Under the pieces are notes generated by a model. The model saw only the letters and a list, made by a program, of their open reading frames with translations, did not search any database and had not been told where the DNA came from. A program made the position numbers and the translations under genes. A stretch of DNA of 61,569 nucleotides, filler included. It is 5 parts of 5 records of this genome, joined end to end, with 100 filler letters (N's around TTAATTAATTAA, not from the genome) between each part and the next. Parts side by side here need not be neighbours in the genome. Positions count along the whole stretch, not along the records: positions 1 to 20,102 come from DRR378314_5; 4 more parts are not named here. The stretch is one strand, 5' to 3'. This document shows, in pieces, positions 1-12,548 of the stretch (its first letter is position 1; each line of letters starts with the position of its first letter).

Positions 1-15
1 TTTTTTTTTCAAATA

Positions 16-1541
16 TTAGGCAAAATCAAAGGCAGTGCGCTTCACATCCACATAGCATTTGTCGCAAACCCGAACAGGGGCTTCGTATCCGAATTTGGGA
101 ATCGCAGTCGACTTGAGTGTACATTCCTCGCAAAAAACCTCCCCGCAGTGTCGGCAGTGATGCTGTACGGAGCAAAGCACAAAGGGTTCGCAACGTGCAC
201 TGTCAAGGTACAGAAACGCCACCGCCGCACAGCACCAAAACGGCAATGCCGGGCAAACTTGAGAACAAATAGCGGATAGCTAACAGTATAGAGGATCCAA
301 TATCTTGTCGCTATTGTACGTTGCACACAGTTCTTCCAGGCAGGAAGACAAGCAACAAAACGCCGTGACGGAGGAGGCGTGCAAGGGAGCTCTCGGCGTG
401 CACCACACCTTAGCGGCACACAATACGCTCTGAGCAACAACACCACTGCTTTTCCACATCGCCCTACGATCGCAGCGAATACATCACAACGGCAGACTCC
501 GGCACCCTCGTACAATCGTATGACCAAATGCAAGAAAGCGGGGTATCATGGCGACAGCGGCAGGACCCCTCGCTGCTCTGCGCTCGCATCAGTGCACGGC
601 GCCGCAAAGAACAACACCGCAATACCGGCACAGCACAAAGTCTGGCTGTCTCGTGCGGCGAGCGCACCAACCCAAACAGCGCTACAATAAGCACTTGCTT
701 ACGCTATCTGTACCAAAGTAACCGTATCAACGCAAAATACGTTCAATATTTAGGTTTGGGAGCCGATAGGTCATACAAAGAGAACAACCTCTTGTATCAA
801 CGCCATAAACGCGCACGTGCCACAGCACTCTAGCGCCAGTACGATCCCGACGGAAAGAGCACGGCGATCTTGCAGACACGAAGCAAATTCTCTCCAACCT
901 CTGACAGACGGAAGAAGGACGAGAGAGAGCTCTTCCGATGCGCCCGCAACAAACACTCCGCATAATTTCCATGTCGATATGAAAATTACAGTACAAGTGC
1001 ACGCCTGCTGTGCCAAGCGAAAAGTGCAAGCCCACGGGCGGTGGGTTCAACGCTGCGCACGTGCACTATCTCGCGCACGAGCGCGACGCAGGCCCCCTAG
1101 CGCAGAGCAGTGGCATAACCCCTTCTCAAGCGGTAAGCACTACTACCCATCAGTTGAGAAAACGACGACAGCACAGTGAACGTCTCCTTTTTAACTTGCA
1201 CATCAGATTTCGCGTCTTATCTCGGCAATCGGTGCGGGAAAAAGTCATTCCCAGGCACAGGATACAAGGCGCAACTCGTGCGCTGTGTTCTAGCCAACCG
1301 CGACTAAAGCGAGCACGATCCGCCAGCAGTAGCCTGCAGCATCCCAGCGACTCCGCAAGATTCCGCGATGTTGCCACGTAAATCTCGGCAAACATTCCAT
1401 AAACTTCTTCGCAAACCAGAAGATGGTCGTTCCAGTGCATACCTTTCGGACAAAGAAAGAAAATTTTACTCCGCACCCAACACAATCGTCTCGTTCAGAG
1501 TCTGGTACCCAGCGAGGCCGCGCCTCGCGGTAGTCCGACAT
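16..1541 (-). CDS. Stand-alone FYVE zinc-finger (PI3P-binding) protein, ~81 aa, 2 exons (1541-1443, 162-16)
   Basis: GT(1442)...CAG(165-163) splicing gives MSDYREARPRWVPDSERDDCVGCGVKFSFFVRK|HHCRHCGEVFCEECTLKSTAIPKFGYEAPVRVCDKCYVDVKRTAFDFA*, containing the WxxD, R(R/K)HHCR and RVC motifs and 8 Cys. Confidence 0.93.
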
Positions 1542-1930
1542 GTTGCCGCACTGAGAGAAGCACTGTCTGAACGCCGAACAAAAGACACGGAATCGATGTC
1601 GCCGCAGGTCAGCCGCGAGACCAGCCTTGTCCAGGGAGAGCGAGCGAGAGAAAACGCAAGAGCCCTACCGTGGTTTCTGTGATACATTCCCTAGCCCTAC
1701 TTAACCGAATTTGCGGTAACCCTAGTAGCATTCTTGGCGGTAACCGCGCTCTCTTTGCATGAGTGTTTCGTTGTAGACCCCGCAGCTCCATTCGCGCCGT
1801 AACCCTCGCGTCGCGGACTCCCCTGTCATCGGTCGAGCGCCAACCGCCGGTTCGCGCGTGGACGTGCGCGGGAGTGGCTGCAATCCACTTTCACTGCACC
1901 CGACAACGCAACAAAAGACACTGGAACGCA

Positions 1931-4118
1931 ATGGATATGTCATTCCGAGGATGCAACATTGATCTGTCGCATATGAATTTCCTCAAGGAGAAAGACTTTC
2001 TCGCCCAACGCTACCCATACAACGAGGCTCCCTTTTCTGAACGGCAAGGCGAAGACGCGGTTGCGGACGCGCACGGCCAAGCCGGCCTTGCTAAGCTTGT
2101 CCGACTCCTCCGCGAGTCTGCACCCGTGATTCCAACCCCATCAGGCACCCCAACCAAGTCGTCACTGCACGAACAAGAGGAGCATCGGGCAGCGAGCTCA
2201 GAATCAGAATCTGATGGAACGAGCACACAATCAAGCTCTGACACCGAAGATGGCTCAGAGCAAGAGACGGCGGCCGGCACCTTGTGCATCCTACTCAAGC
2301 GGGCACAGACAACTCTGGATTGTGCCCGCTTGGTCAGCGAAGGCCTCGTACTCGCCATTGAACCGCACTTATCTGTTCCGTTTGCAACATTGTCACGATC
2401 GTATGCAATAACGTTGCTGTTACGGGTCGTAAGTGTTCCTGCCGCAGCAGCGTCCGTTCGGAGAAACGCTCCAATGCTCGCAACACTCGTACGCGTTTGC
2501 CAGGACTCGAACGAAAGCGACGCCTGTCAGGTGGCTGCGCTTCTTACGCAGCTCGCAGAATCCGACAACGATCCGGCGCATGCATGTCTTTTGCAAACAA
2601 ACATTATTGAAGTATTGGTTGCAATGCTTGCAGAAAGGCACTTTACACGCCAGACCCTCTCGGCGGCGATGCAGGCGCTCGCAGTGCTCCTGCAGTCAAG
2701 CGAAGCTCAGGATAGAGCTATTGCCGCAGACCTGCACATCCGCCTCGAAGCGATACTGGGGTACAGTCCCCTCGCTGAACAAGCTCTCGCACTGCTTCGA
2801 CAAATTTCCCAAAGATTTCATGCAAAAGATTCTATATTGCAGAGAGAATCCTTGCTAACAGCTATCGTTTTCCTTCTTAATTCGCAAGGCTACAAGGTAT
2901 GCCCTGCTGTCCCAAGTGTCCATGGCGCAGAAAGCTGCCAGCGCACCCGTCTCGGCAGGCTGTGGCACGACGCTGCTCTTCCGTACTTCCCCGGCCGCTT
3001 TCTAATTCAGATGCTTTCTCAGTGTACGTCTTCCAAAGTCTGGTGCACGAAGAATTTCACACCTAATATGCTCTTGGCGCGTGCTTCTATCCACAGCAGG
3101 TGCGCGTTGAAGCAATGGCGATCCTAGCGTCGTTGACCACCAGCGTTCAAGGAAAGGCAAGTGGCCGCACTCCGACAGGGTTGTCCCAAAACAAGATCAT
3201 GGCCCGTGGCTTTCTGTTGATCGATACCCTCCTTTTGCCAATCACCCTTTGCGACAGAAACATCCTTCATTGTCAACTCTTGCTGCAAGGAAAGAGGCCC
3301 ACTACACCAACGTTGCCAAGGATCGTGCCGTTACATAGTTTCGCAAAGTCGAAACGGCCACTGCCATTCCACGCACGTTGCAAAGTCGCGTCGTCATTTC
3401 TTACACCCTCACAGCATTGGTTCTGGTCTTGGTGTGATTTTCTTGAAATTAGGTACTTGTGTGTACAAGGAAAGATGTGGCTCTTGCTATAGTCACTCGG
3501 CTCAAGGACGAAGAGCCGAGCGTTCAGCAGTTTGCGGAGCAGGCCTGGAAAAATGCTGCAGAATATCCCAAGGTATGGGATTTCACTCTAGCGTGCAGAA
3601 CGCGCAAGGGGCGCTTAATAGTATCACGGTAGATGTTTCTCAGGCAAAGTGCTATAGCAAACTATGCACGAAAGGGCTCTTCGAGGATTAGTTGTACAAA
3701 GAGGAGGTCCTATTTTTATCCACAACCAAGCTTGGAAGCAGCCGTGTACGCATGCAAAACGAAGTGCACAACGAGCTCTTCCTCCTCGCAGTCATCGCGA
3801 CATCATCAGTCTCGGCAACAGAAACCACGCACGCAGACAAAGACACCCTAGCGCACTCCCTCCTCAATCTGTGAAGTGTTTCTCGCAGATGGAAACTGTA
3901 TTGAGCAGGGAAGATCGCAGACGGGGCGCTCGCGTTGCCCATCGGTCTGCCCTTGGTTGGTGCACAACTCGTTTGGGAGAGCACGTTGTACAATTTCTCA
4001 ACCAACACTGGGATAAATATGTATTAAAGGTTGCTTGCTTGTTTTCTGTACACCCGTGACACCGCTGCAGGCAAGAGCGTATCTTCGCTATCTCCGTTCG
4101 AAGGAGGACAAAGTTTGA
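1931..4118 (+). CDS. Armadillo-repeat protein resembling radial spoke head 14 (RSPH14/RTDR1); exons 1931-2896, 3100-3156, 3453-3572, last exon 4071-4118 (or 3644-3691)
   Basis: Helical Leu/Ala-rich ARM-like repeats; VADAHGQAGLAKLVRLL and ..TTSVQGK..VTRLKDEEPSVQQFAEQAWKNAAEYPK resemble RSPH14 as I recall it; in-frame splicing requires one GC donor at 3157. Confidence 0.65.
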
Positions 4119-5347
4119 ACGACTGCAGGGCAGTGATGTTGGCATCGATACACCCCCTGTGCATCACGCGGGTGCATATCTCGTGGTTGCAAAACACATC
4201 GTCCCGGAAAATACTGGTTCGTTTCCGGATCTCCGACGGACGTGGGCCTGCTCGCTGCGCATGCGACAAATGCGGAGCCTTGTCTGTCGCCAAAAATAGA
4301 GGAACCCGCCATATTAGCCAAAAATACAAGTGAGTTACCAAGTACGGCAGACGAAATGCTAAGCTGCTGTTTCACGCGAAGTAAGCGGCACGTGCTAAAG
4401 ATGCGGACGGCTGTTCAGCATGCTCCGCTCGCAACGTCGCAAACAGCAGGATCCAAGTGCTTTTGCCACCTCGATCCGCGATGCAGTCGCTCCCGGAGTC
4501 TTCACGGCTTCCAGGTGTCCTCCCAGCTTCTGTTAACCCCAACACGTCCCTTTTCGTCGGGTATAGTATGAGCGAAACGCGTACTGAAAGTGAACACAAA
4601 TGCCGTCGCGGGTTCCACGCAGAACAGCAGCGCGCAGAATCACGCGGAGCTGCCCTTGGGCGGCGAAGTGAACGAACTCGCTTGGCATGTAAAGAATTCC
4701 TTCCCATCAGATTTTTTCTGTAGTTGTATGGGACATATAAGCTTCTATACATCCAAGGAAGGATAGTTACTGCCTCGCCAAGAATGCACGCTGGCTTTTT
4801 CGAGAGATGGCAATTGAAATGGCAGCAACGTTGACACACACCTGCCGACAAACGCGATGAACCTCATTGCACTCTCTCGCTAGGGTAGGGCACCAAGAAA
4901 TGCAGGGCGCGAGCGCCGGCAATCTGCCGCACCTACCCCCCCGCGCACAAACAAGCGTGTACTTGTGCCGCCGCAAGCTTCGTCCTGTGCCAAGCTCGTG
5001 CTACTCAGCATCACTCCGTCAACACCGCATATAAGCATTCGGAGGTCACCAACTTTTTTGTGAATACATCTAACAGGAACCCTTGCCATTCAATCCTTAG
5101 TGGCATGAGCAGTGCACAGCATTTGCGTGCCGCAGCGGCGTCGTCAACCGCGGTGCTTCGGCGTTCGGCTGTGACAAGCACTGATCGCCCGCGTATCCTG
5201 GTGCGTCCTTGCCGCAAACGCTCTCCTCCCTTTGCCAGGACACCCGTCTTGCGCAGCGCAAATTTCGCCAGAGGTACAAAGCGGATACAACATTGTTCCT
5301 TCCGCTGCATTCGATCGATCCAATGGCAAACTTGCCAGGCACGTCGG

Positions 5348-6665
5348 ATGCCCAGTAGCCCCTGTTGGCTCATGCGCGGTTGCAACGCCGCGAGCGGCAG
5401 CGCTTTCCTGACATGCGTCCGGTGTGTGCGAATCCCTTGTCCTGTTCTTGCGTGTCGCCGATGGGCCGCATTCGCCTCCTCTACGATCACAGCTTGCGGC
5501 ATTGTGTAATCCACCAAAATCATTTCAGGATACACGTCACAATATCGGTGCAGTCGTTATTGGTGCCTTGGCAGACGAGCTGCAGTTGACATGGCACGCG
5601 AACCGAGCCTTGCGCGGCGACGTGGCGGAGTGCGAAGAGCGGAACCTGGTGCTCTTCCGTCCTACGAAGAGCTATATGAATGTCATTGGAAAATCAATCA
5701 AGCGGGCTGTTACCTACGCAAACGTATGGTTTGGGATACCAACTACGATGTACTGATGGTGCCATCTTATCATCATTGTTCGAGAGACCGTATGTGTGAA
5801 GAAGGGCGCTGCGTGCACAACGGCTTCTTGGTCGGTGGCAGCAGCTCCGACCGGGCGAGAAATCGATTCCTCGCTTGCCATTTTTAGCTTCGCCCATTCT
5901 GCGCCGAGGTTGGCTGCGCGCCCGTAGGCGAGACCTTCGCTCCTCACTGCACGGCAACATATGTGCGGCAATCCCACGCCGTGGGTCTTTCGGTCCCAGA
6001 CAGTAACCCACTTTTTCCTCCGACTGCGTTATTCTGAACAGGTTGATGCTTCAAACCTTATGGTCCTACATGATGATCTTGAGCGCCCTGTCGGGCGGGT
6101 GTCGTTCAAGAAGAGCGGCTCTGCAAACGGGCACAACGGAGTGAAATCAGTAATTGCGTCGTTGGGCAGCGATCAGTTTGCCAGGTACGCGCACCCTATC
6201 ATGGCCGCAGTCCATTGGGCCATACTGCCAAGAGATGCGCTGCGGGCGCGAGCTCATACTGGTATTTCGCGCACTGTGAGGACGCACTTTGCTCACGTGC
6301 GTTGCCTCCATTGCTCCTGTACGTGTACCGCCCTTTGTGAAAGATGTCGAATCGGAATCGGTCGCCCGAGCAATCGCGACAACGTTGCTGAATACGTACT
6401 GGAGCGCTTCGGTCCCCGTGATTCCTCGATCATCAAATCGCATGTTATACCGGCAACTGTAGCCGCCCTTGCGTCTGTAATCGATATAAGCTCGTGTAGA
6501 GACGCCCCGGCACTCGACCGTGGCAGCGGCGTGGTTGCTGCAGGCAGCGCTAGCGAAGATGCAGCGATGAAACCCTACAGCTCCCCTGCTTCTTTCCACA
6601 GTATTGTGCAGCAGTGTGCGCCCATTCGGATCGATGTTGCCGACCACAAGAAATTAGCAGCTTGA
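5348..6665 (+). CDS. PTRH1: Bacterial-type peptidyl-tRNA hydrolase (Pth1, probably organellar); exons ~5348-5425 (uncertain), 5493-5723, 6042-6184, 6344-6665
   Basis: Motifs NPP..FQDTRHNIG, PTKSYMN, MVLHDDLERPVG, GSANGHNGVKS, RIGIGRP, VAEYVL..F joined by GT-AG introns. Confidence 0.92.
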
Positions 6666-7172
6666 AATGAGGGATAAATTCACGGAGAGGATGCCATGCT
6701 CTGCCACTTCGGGGCTGCCGTGGCCATTGCGCGTTTTTGCGCGGCTTAAAATTTCCCGACGCGGTCGCGGGACCGCTCCTGCGGATTTTCCTTTGCTTGG
6801 AGCGAATTCGACATGGCTCACGCAGGTTCTGCATGTGCAGTGCACGTCTTATGTTGGGGAAATAAAGCGTCTTAGCGTGCCCAGATACGCGTGGCAAGCG
6901 TTTTGCACGGCTGCCATTTGCAGTGGGAGACTGCTTCTACACAGCTCGCGCAAAGTAATGGTAGGGAAGCGTGCACACAAGGCGTGCGGCAGCGAGGCGG
7001 ATTGGTTTTCTGGCTATGGTCAGGAACATAGGGCGAGGAACCTTTTGCGTTGCTCTCCCGTGCACACTGCTGGTGCACGTCGGCGCGTCGTCCAGGGCGC
7101 AGAGCGAGCTGCTTCCTTGTGTGTCTCCTCACGACTGTGCTGCTGCCCGCCGTTGCGAGGTCACAGCCCACC

Positions 7173-10100
7173 ATGTCGAACGCTGTCGTAAAAGAGTATA
7201 TCGCTATGGCAGAGCGAGGAACGTCGCGAACGCTCTCTGGTCACCGGAAAAAGGTGCACACTGTAGCGTGGAACCGCTCGGGAAAACGCCTGGCGACAGG
7301 CAGTGTCGACGCGACCGCGCGCGTTTGGCAGGTCGACCACCGCCACGGCAAGGACTCGGAGCTCAAAGGGCACCAGGGAAGCGTTGATCAGGTGCGACAA
7401 GACAACGCCTGTGTAATGAGTAAATTTGGGACGCTGTCCGGTCGCGTTTTCCCGAGGCCGGTCACCGCGCACCTTGCTAAATGGCAGTCGCAGTCAACGG
7501 AGGCGGCGCTCGTTGCCTGTGCGTCTCGTTGGGCTGCTACCGAGCTGCACTCGCAGCTCGTTCTGCACGAGAAGTGGCACACCCGCCTGCATGTCGTATT
7601 CTCCTTTCGACAAACGGCATGAATCATTCCTTGGTAATTACCTGTTACAATTTTTTGGTTTTTTATGGCGTTTCATCCTTTTTCTTCTCATTCTGCAGCT
7701 GTGCTGGAGTCCACTCCACGATGACTTGCTAGCTACCGCGTCGAGCGACAAGTCTGTTATTGCTTGGGACACGCGCGCGGCCAAAGTGCAGCACACTGTA
7801 AACACAAACGGCGAGAACATCAACATTGGATGGAGCCCGGATGGTAAGCGCGGTTTCCTCTTATAAATTCTCTTATATTCTCACAGGTTATGCGCGCGAT
7901 GCACGAAATTTTCCAAGATGTTTTGGCAGAAAAAAGGCCAGCGTCCTGCGAGCGCAGTCGCAGCGCCACGTTCGTGTGGCGGTGCTCTTCACACAGGTGC
8001 AATGTGGCCGACGCACGCCGCTTTCCGGCACGAACTCTGCTCGCGCTGTGACCTCTTCAGTCGCGTGGCTGACCCATTTATTGCTTCTTGTCGTATGATT
8101 TCCTTCATGCAGGGAAATACGTCATGGTTGGAGACAAGAACGACGAATTGTCAGTCATTGACACGTGCTCGTGGACCGTCGTACACAAGCGCACCTTCGA
8201 CACCGAAGTCAACGAGTTCGCGTGGGACAAGTGCGTCGTCCTCGCGTCGTCCTGTGCGCAAAATTGCTGCTGCCGCGCTGCGCTACGTTCGCGTTCAGGA
8301 CTTTGCACCCGTTGGCTGTGATACATTCGTCGCTCTTGTGAGTCATTTTATTTCTTGGAGCGTACGGCTGCGATGAGATCGCTGTGCCCTCTGCAAAGTT
8401 ATCCGGCTGTGCTGATTTTCGTGGTTCTGGCGTCGTATTGTTCGCGTGCAGGGACGGCAACGTGGTCTTCCTAATGCTCGGCAACGGCCACATCGACGTC
8501 GTCAAGTTTCCTGAGCTCGAGTCCCTCTTTTCCGTTCCAGCGGTGCGTTGCAGAGAGGCTATGCAGAGCTTTCAGCTGAGACCATCTTTTTCATCATCGC
8601 GTTTACGCTTGCCTCTAAACGGCCGTCGTCGCGTAGGCGCTGGAGACGCGTTTCGACGTCTCGCCGCTTGTGTAGCGTCTACGAACCGCGTCGCGATTTG
8701 TTGCGCTTTTCCCACGCGAACTACGAGGCATAGTTGCATCCCCATCGGCCTTACCCGGCTTCACATATATTCTCACTGCAGCATTTCTACGTCTTCAAAC
8801 TGCGACGTCTTATTTCCTCTCTCGAACAGCATCCAGCAAACATCTATTGCGCCGACCGGTCTCCGGAAGGAACGTACCTTGCTGTCGGCGGCGCTGACGC
8901 GCACGTGTCTCTGTGGGATTACAGCGAGGTCCGTTTCGCAGTCGTCGAGACACGGCTGAAGGCAGCGCTACCGCTAATATGGGGAGGGGAGGTTTGCTAG
9001 CAGCTAGCGAAGAAAAATTTCGTTTGTTTCATTCCCATTTCGCGATGTGGCGTCCTGCACGGGGAATTCGTGTGCGCTGGGAGACGCTGCAGCGCTACTC
9101 GCTACGCCGGTGCTCTCGTTTTTCGTCGGCACCACGAACAGTCTGATCACTTCAAGGTCACCAAAAAACATTGTGCTGTGAAGTTGCTACAACGTATGAT
9201 CTGTTTGTCATGCGCGTATTCGTTTACGTGTTTTTTTGCAGATGATATGCGTTCGGACGTTTGGAAGAATGGAATGGCCGGTGCGGACGGTGAGCTTCTC
9301 TCACGATGGCGACCTTCTCGCGCTTGCGTCCGAGGTGCGCGCGTCGATCCGCGCTGTCCCTCTTCAGAGGCAGCGCGGAGTCGCATCTTTGTGGGCATTC
9401 TAAACAGATTTTAGAGATTGCACGTGCGTTAACTATATTAAATCTTGAATCGAGGCACCACTATCTGCCTTACCATCGGTAGAGGCGCTACGTGCGCTGC
9501 TCCGACGATCTACTTCGTCCAGCCTGCAGGAGTTGCACACGGAGGAGCTCTCTCCGCCCTTTTGTAATCGGTAGAATCCAGTCTGGCGAACCGTTTCGTT
9601 TACGATGCGTGTGATCGCAAGTGTTCTTGTACCGGAACTGTACTAGTTGCATTAACTTGTTTCTCTGTACCGCAACGTTCCGCGCGGCTTCGTGTTCTCT
9701 CCGCAGGATCTGGAGATCGAGATTGCACACACGGGCACAGGACACATGGTCCATCGAATTGCTTGCAATGCACCGACGAACAGTGTGGCGTGGAATCCGC
9801 GAAAACCCGTACTTGCCTACGTACGCCTTTATTGCAACGAAAACTGCACGATAACAGCTTAATCGCAATGCGGAGACGCGATCTGTAGACAGACGTTCAG
9901 CTGCGCGTCGGCGGAGAACAGATCCTGTCGGTCGTTACTGCGCGAGACCGTCTATGGCTTGCATGGGGGGCGCATCGTGCCTCAGTCAGCTTTTTTTTTT
10001 GTACGAGACCGTTGCTTTGTGCGTGGGCACTCAAAGATTGATGAATAGCAGTACATCGTATTTCGATTTCTTTCTCCAACTTGCGCCCTCTTTTTCATCT

Positions 10101-10182
10101 GCGTTTGCAGGCGGGCGACGATAAAGACGATAAAGGTCACTATGGACTTGTGCACATATTCTCCATGGCCAACAAGGCGTAA
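7173..10182 (+). CDS. THOC3: THO complex subunit 3 (Tex1), WD40; 8 exons 7173-7391, 7699-7843, 8113-8230, 8452-8542, 8830-8928, 9242-9334, 9707-9820, 10111-10182
   Basis: GHRKKVHTVAWN..LATGSVD, LKGHQGSVDQLCW, GENINIGWSPDG, EVNEFAW, AHPANIYC, LAVGGADAHVSLWD, MICVRTFGRMEWPVRTVSFSHDG..LALASED; all introns GT-AG and in phase. Confidence 0.95.
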
Positions 10183-10873
10183 TCAGTGCGCCCGTGCCCG
10201 ACGTGTGCCTCTGCCACAGAAAGTGGGCTGCAAAAGCGCTTACCAGACCAGTTAGTAAGGCATGTATACAACTAATCATAAATGATACCAGTTTGAATGA
10301 ATACAGCACCTTTCTAAGTGATGGATTGTCGCCCCCCCCGGCCGTTTGGCAGCTGCTCGTGCATCCGAGATTCCTGCGGACTTTGCTCTTCAAGGCGAAC
10401 AGCGCAACGGAATTCCATACAAGTTCTCGGGAGAGCGCAATTAGACCAATTGCGCACTCGTGGAAGCAATCACTGACATGGCAATCACGATTTTGCTATT
10501 CCGTGGTATGCTTCTTCGTGTGAGTTCTAGCCTTTGCGCATGTCCCGCTGCGTCGCTGAAATCATTGGACGCAGTGCGAAGAGGAGACGTCCTCGAGCGA
10601 ATCTCGAAGTATCGCATAGCACCGAAACAACGTATTTCATTGATTTTCTCACGAGATTTCGGCAAGCACAGCCTAGCGTTGTCCACGTGGCGTGCACCGT
10701 TGGCACGGCTGCTCTTGGCGACGAGCCAAACGGGAGGCGCGGAATATGGCTGGCAAGCCACATTGCATGCGAAGTGTCCTCCAGTGAACAGGAAAGGTAT
10801 TTCGAAACATAAATTCTACCCCCCCCGGCAGCTGAAGCAAGGTTTCCCAGACGGGTAGGCGTCACGGATGAAG

Positions 10874-12548
10874 CTACAGTTCGGCGCATGACAACTGTCG
10901 CTGCAACTGCTCGATTGCCGAGCGCAGGCGTACGATCTCGTCTCGGAGATTGCTGATTTCGCGGCTGCAGCAGCACGCGGCCGGTGTGCCTTTGTCTTCC
11001 AACACCGTCGTCCCCGCCCGTCCATCCTCTCGGTCCGAAGACGAATAGCCGGGCTTTTGCGAAAGATGCATGAGATCAGTGTGCATCATGCGCCCTTTCT
11101 GTATGCCTCCAAGCGAAGGGGAGAGGGACGTTGTCGTCGTCGTTGATAGCCAGCGGGAAGAGCGGTAGCGCGAGCTGCGCGCGGACGTCGCGTCCCTCGC
11201 AATGAGGTTGTTGTAGGAAAACCCCGGCGACGGCGTCCTGAGATCGGAGATGCTGATCGGCGAGAATGCAGCCGCCGGCGATTTCCTACATAGAGGTCCC
11301 AAGCACATGTGTATTATTATTCATCATCAGAATACGGGAAAGAACGCGGAGCAACTCGGGGATGTCATTGCCTGTACTTGGAAGTTTTCGCCAAGGTCAA
11401 ACGTGTCCGTACGTGGACTGCCGCCCTGGGCCATCGCATTGGCGCGAAACGCCAAATACAGTAGAGTGACGCAGAGAAATGTAATGTCATCTTTTATGTA
11501 CGTACAGCAGCTACTTTATGTATAATAGGGATTGTGCTTTAAGCGCGTGTTCAGAGCGACGTCGCGGGTGGAGAGACGCAGAAAGCTTACCTTGGAGCAA
11601 GAGCGGCGGCGCTCTTTGTGCTCTTTGGCGTTTCGTCGACTCCGAGCCAAGCGCCACGTTGTGGCGCGCCTTCAGATCCACGATCATGCCACAGATTTTG
11701 TGACAGTAAAGGAGTCCCGTCAACATTTTGTGATACGTTTCGCTTGGGCAGTTGTGAAGTTGGGGAAAATACGCTGCTACTGTGCAACGTAGAGGGCGAT
11801 GAAGACGTTCCTTCGAGAACTCTCCTGTGAGGTCGCTGCGTTTCAGAGGAATCAGTCTGCGCGAAACAATAGCGACTGTACATTCAGCTGCGAAATAGAA
11901 CGTATCATTGACAAGCCCGCTAGTTTCAATATACACATTTCTATATCTGACTTCATGCAATAAAACATGCTGACGAGAAAGTAGCGGTAGAGGGTGGCTC
12001 CCCGACGCTACTTCGAGCAGGGGGGGGGCGCATAGACAGAAGAGCCTTTTCAGTGGAAACGCGACAAGGTGCACGAGTGGAAGCTACGAGATCCCTTTGC
12101 CAAAGCGCTGGCAGAAGCTGAATATTTATGCAGCGAAACCACCGTGAAAGCGAAGTGGTACGCCACAGCAGCAGAGAAAAGGCCCTGAGGCAAAGATTTC
12201 TTTTTCATCTTCGAGTCATTCCCCAAGAGAGTGCGACACGGCCACGGAGCTCTTTTTCATGGGCTTGGAGCAAGAAACGAGAGAGCTTACCGTCAGGGAA
12301 TGGGCGGTCAGCGTGGCTTGCTGAGCGCGCGGCGTTGCCGTTTCGGCACCGCGAGAGGCATGTTTATATGTCGTATGGCTGTGTATCGTATCATCACGAG
12401 AGTGCAGTATCTTGTCGATTGTTTGCGCGCTTGTTCGAGGAGGGGTGGGAGTATCGAAATCAAGCTCTCGCAGCCTGCGCGCTATCCAAGATGTCGCCGG
12501 ATCTCGAAGATGATCTTCGCCAAGTCGCGAAGCGGGAGCGGCGCCCAT
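10874..12548 (-). CDS. Hypothetical Ser/Thr-rich protein with C-terminal coiled coil; 5' end undetermined
   Basis: GTAAGC donors at 12290 and 11590 and an in-phase acceptor at 11286 link minus-strand ORFs ending ..EISNLRDEIVRLRSAIEQLQRQLSCAEL*. Confidence 0.45.

Noticed and set aside
963-988. Near-palindrome TAATTTCCATGTCGATATGAAAATTA in the FYVE intron (also a 12-bp palindrome near 17745)
   Set aside because: Short isolated palindromes are expected by chance; no repeats or target-site duplications
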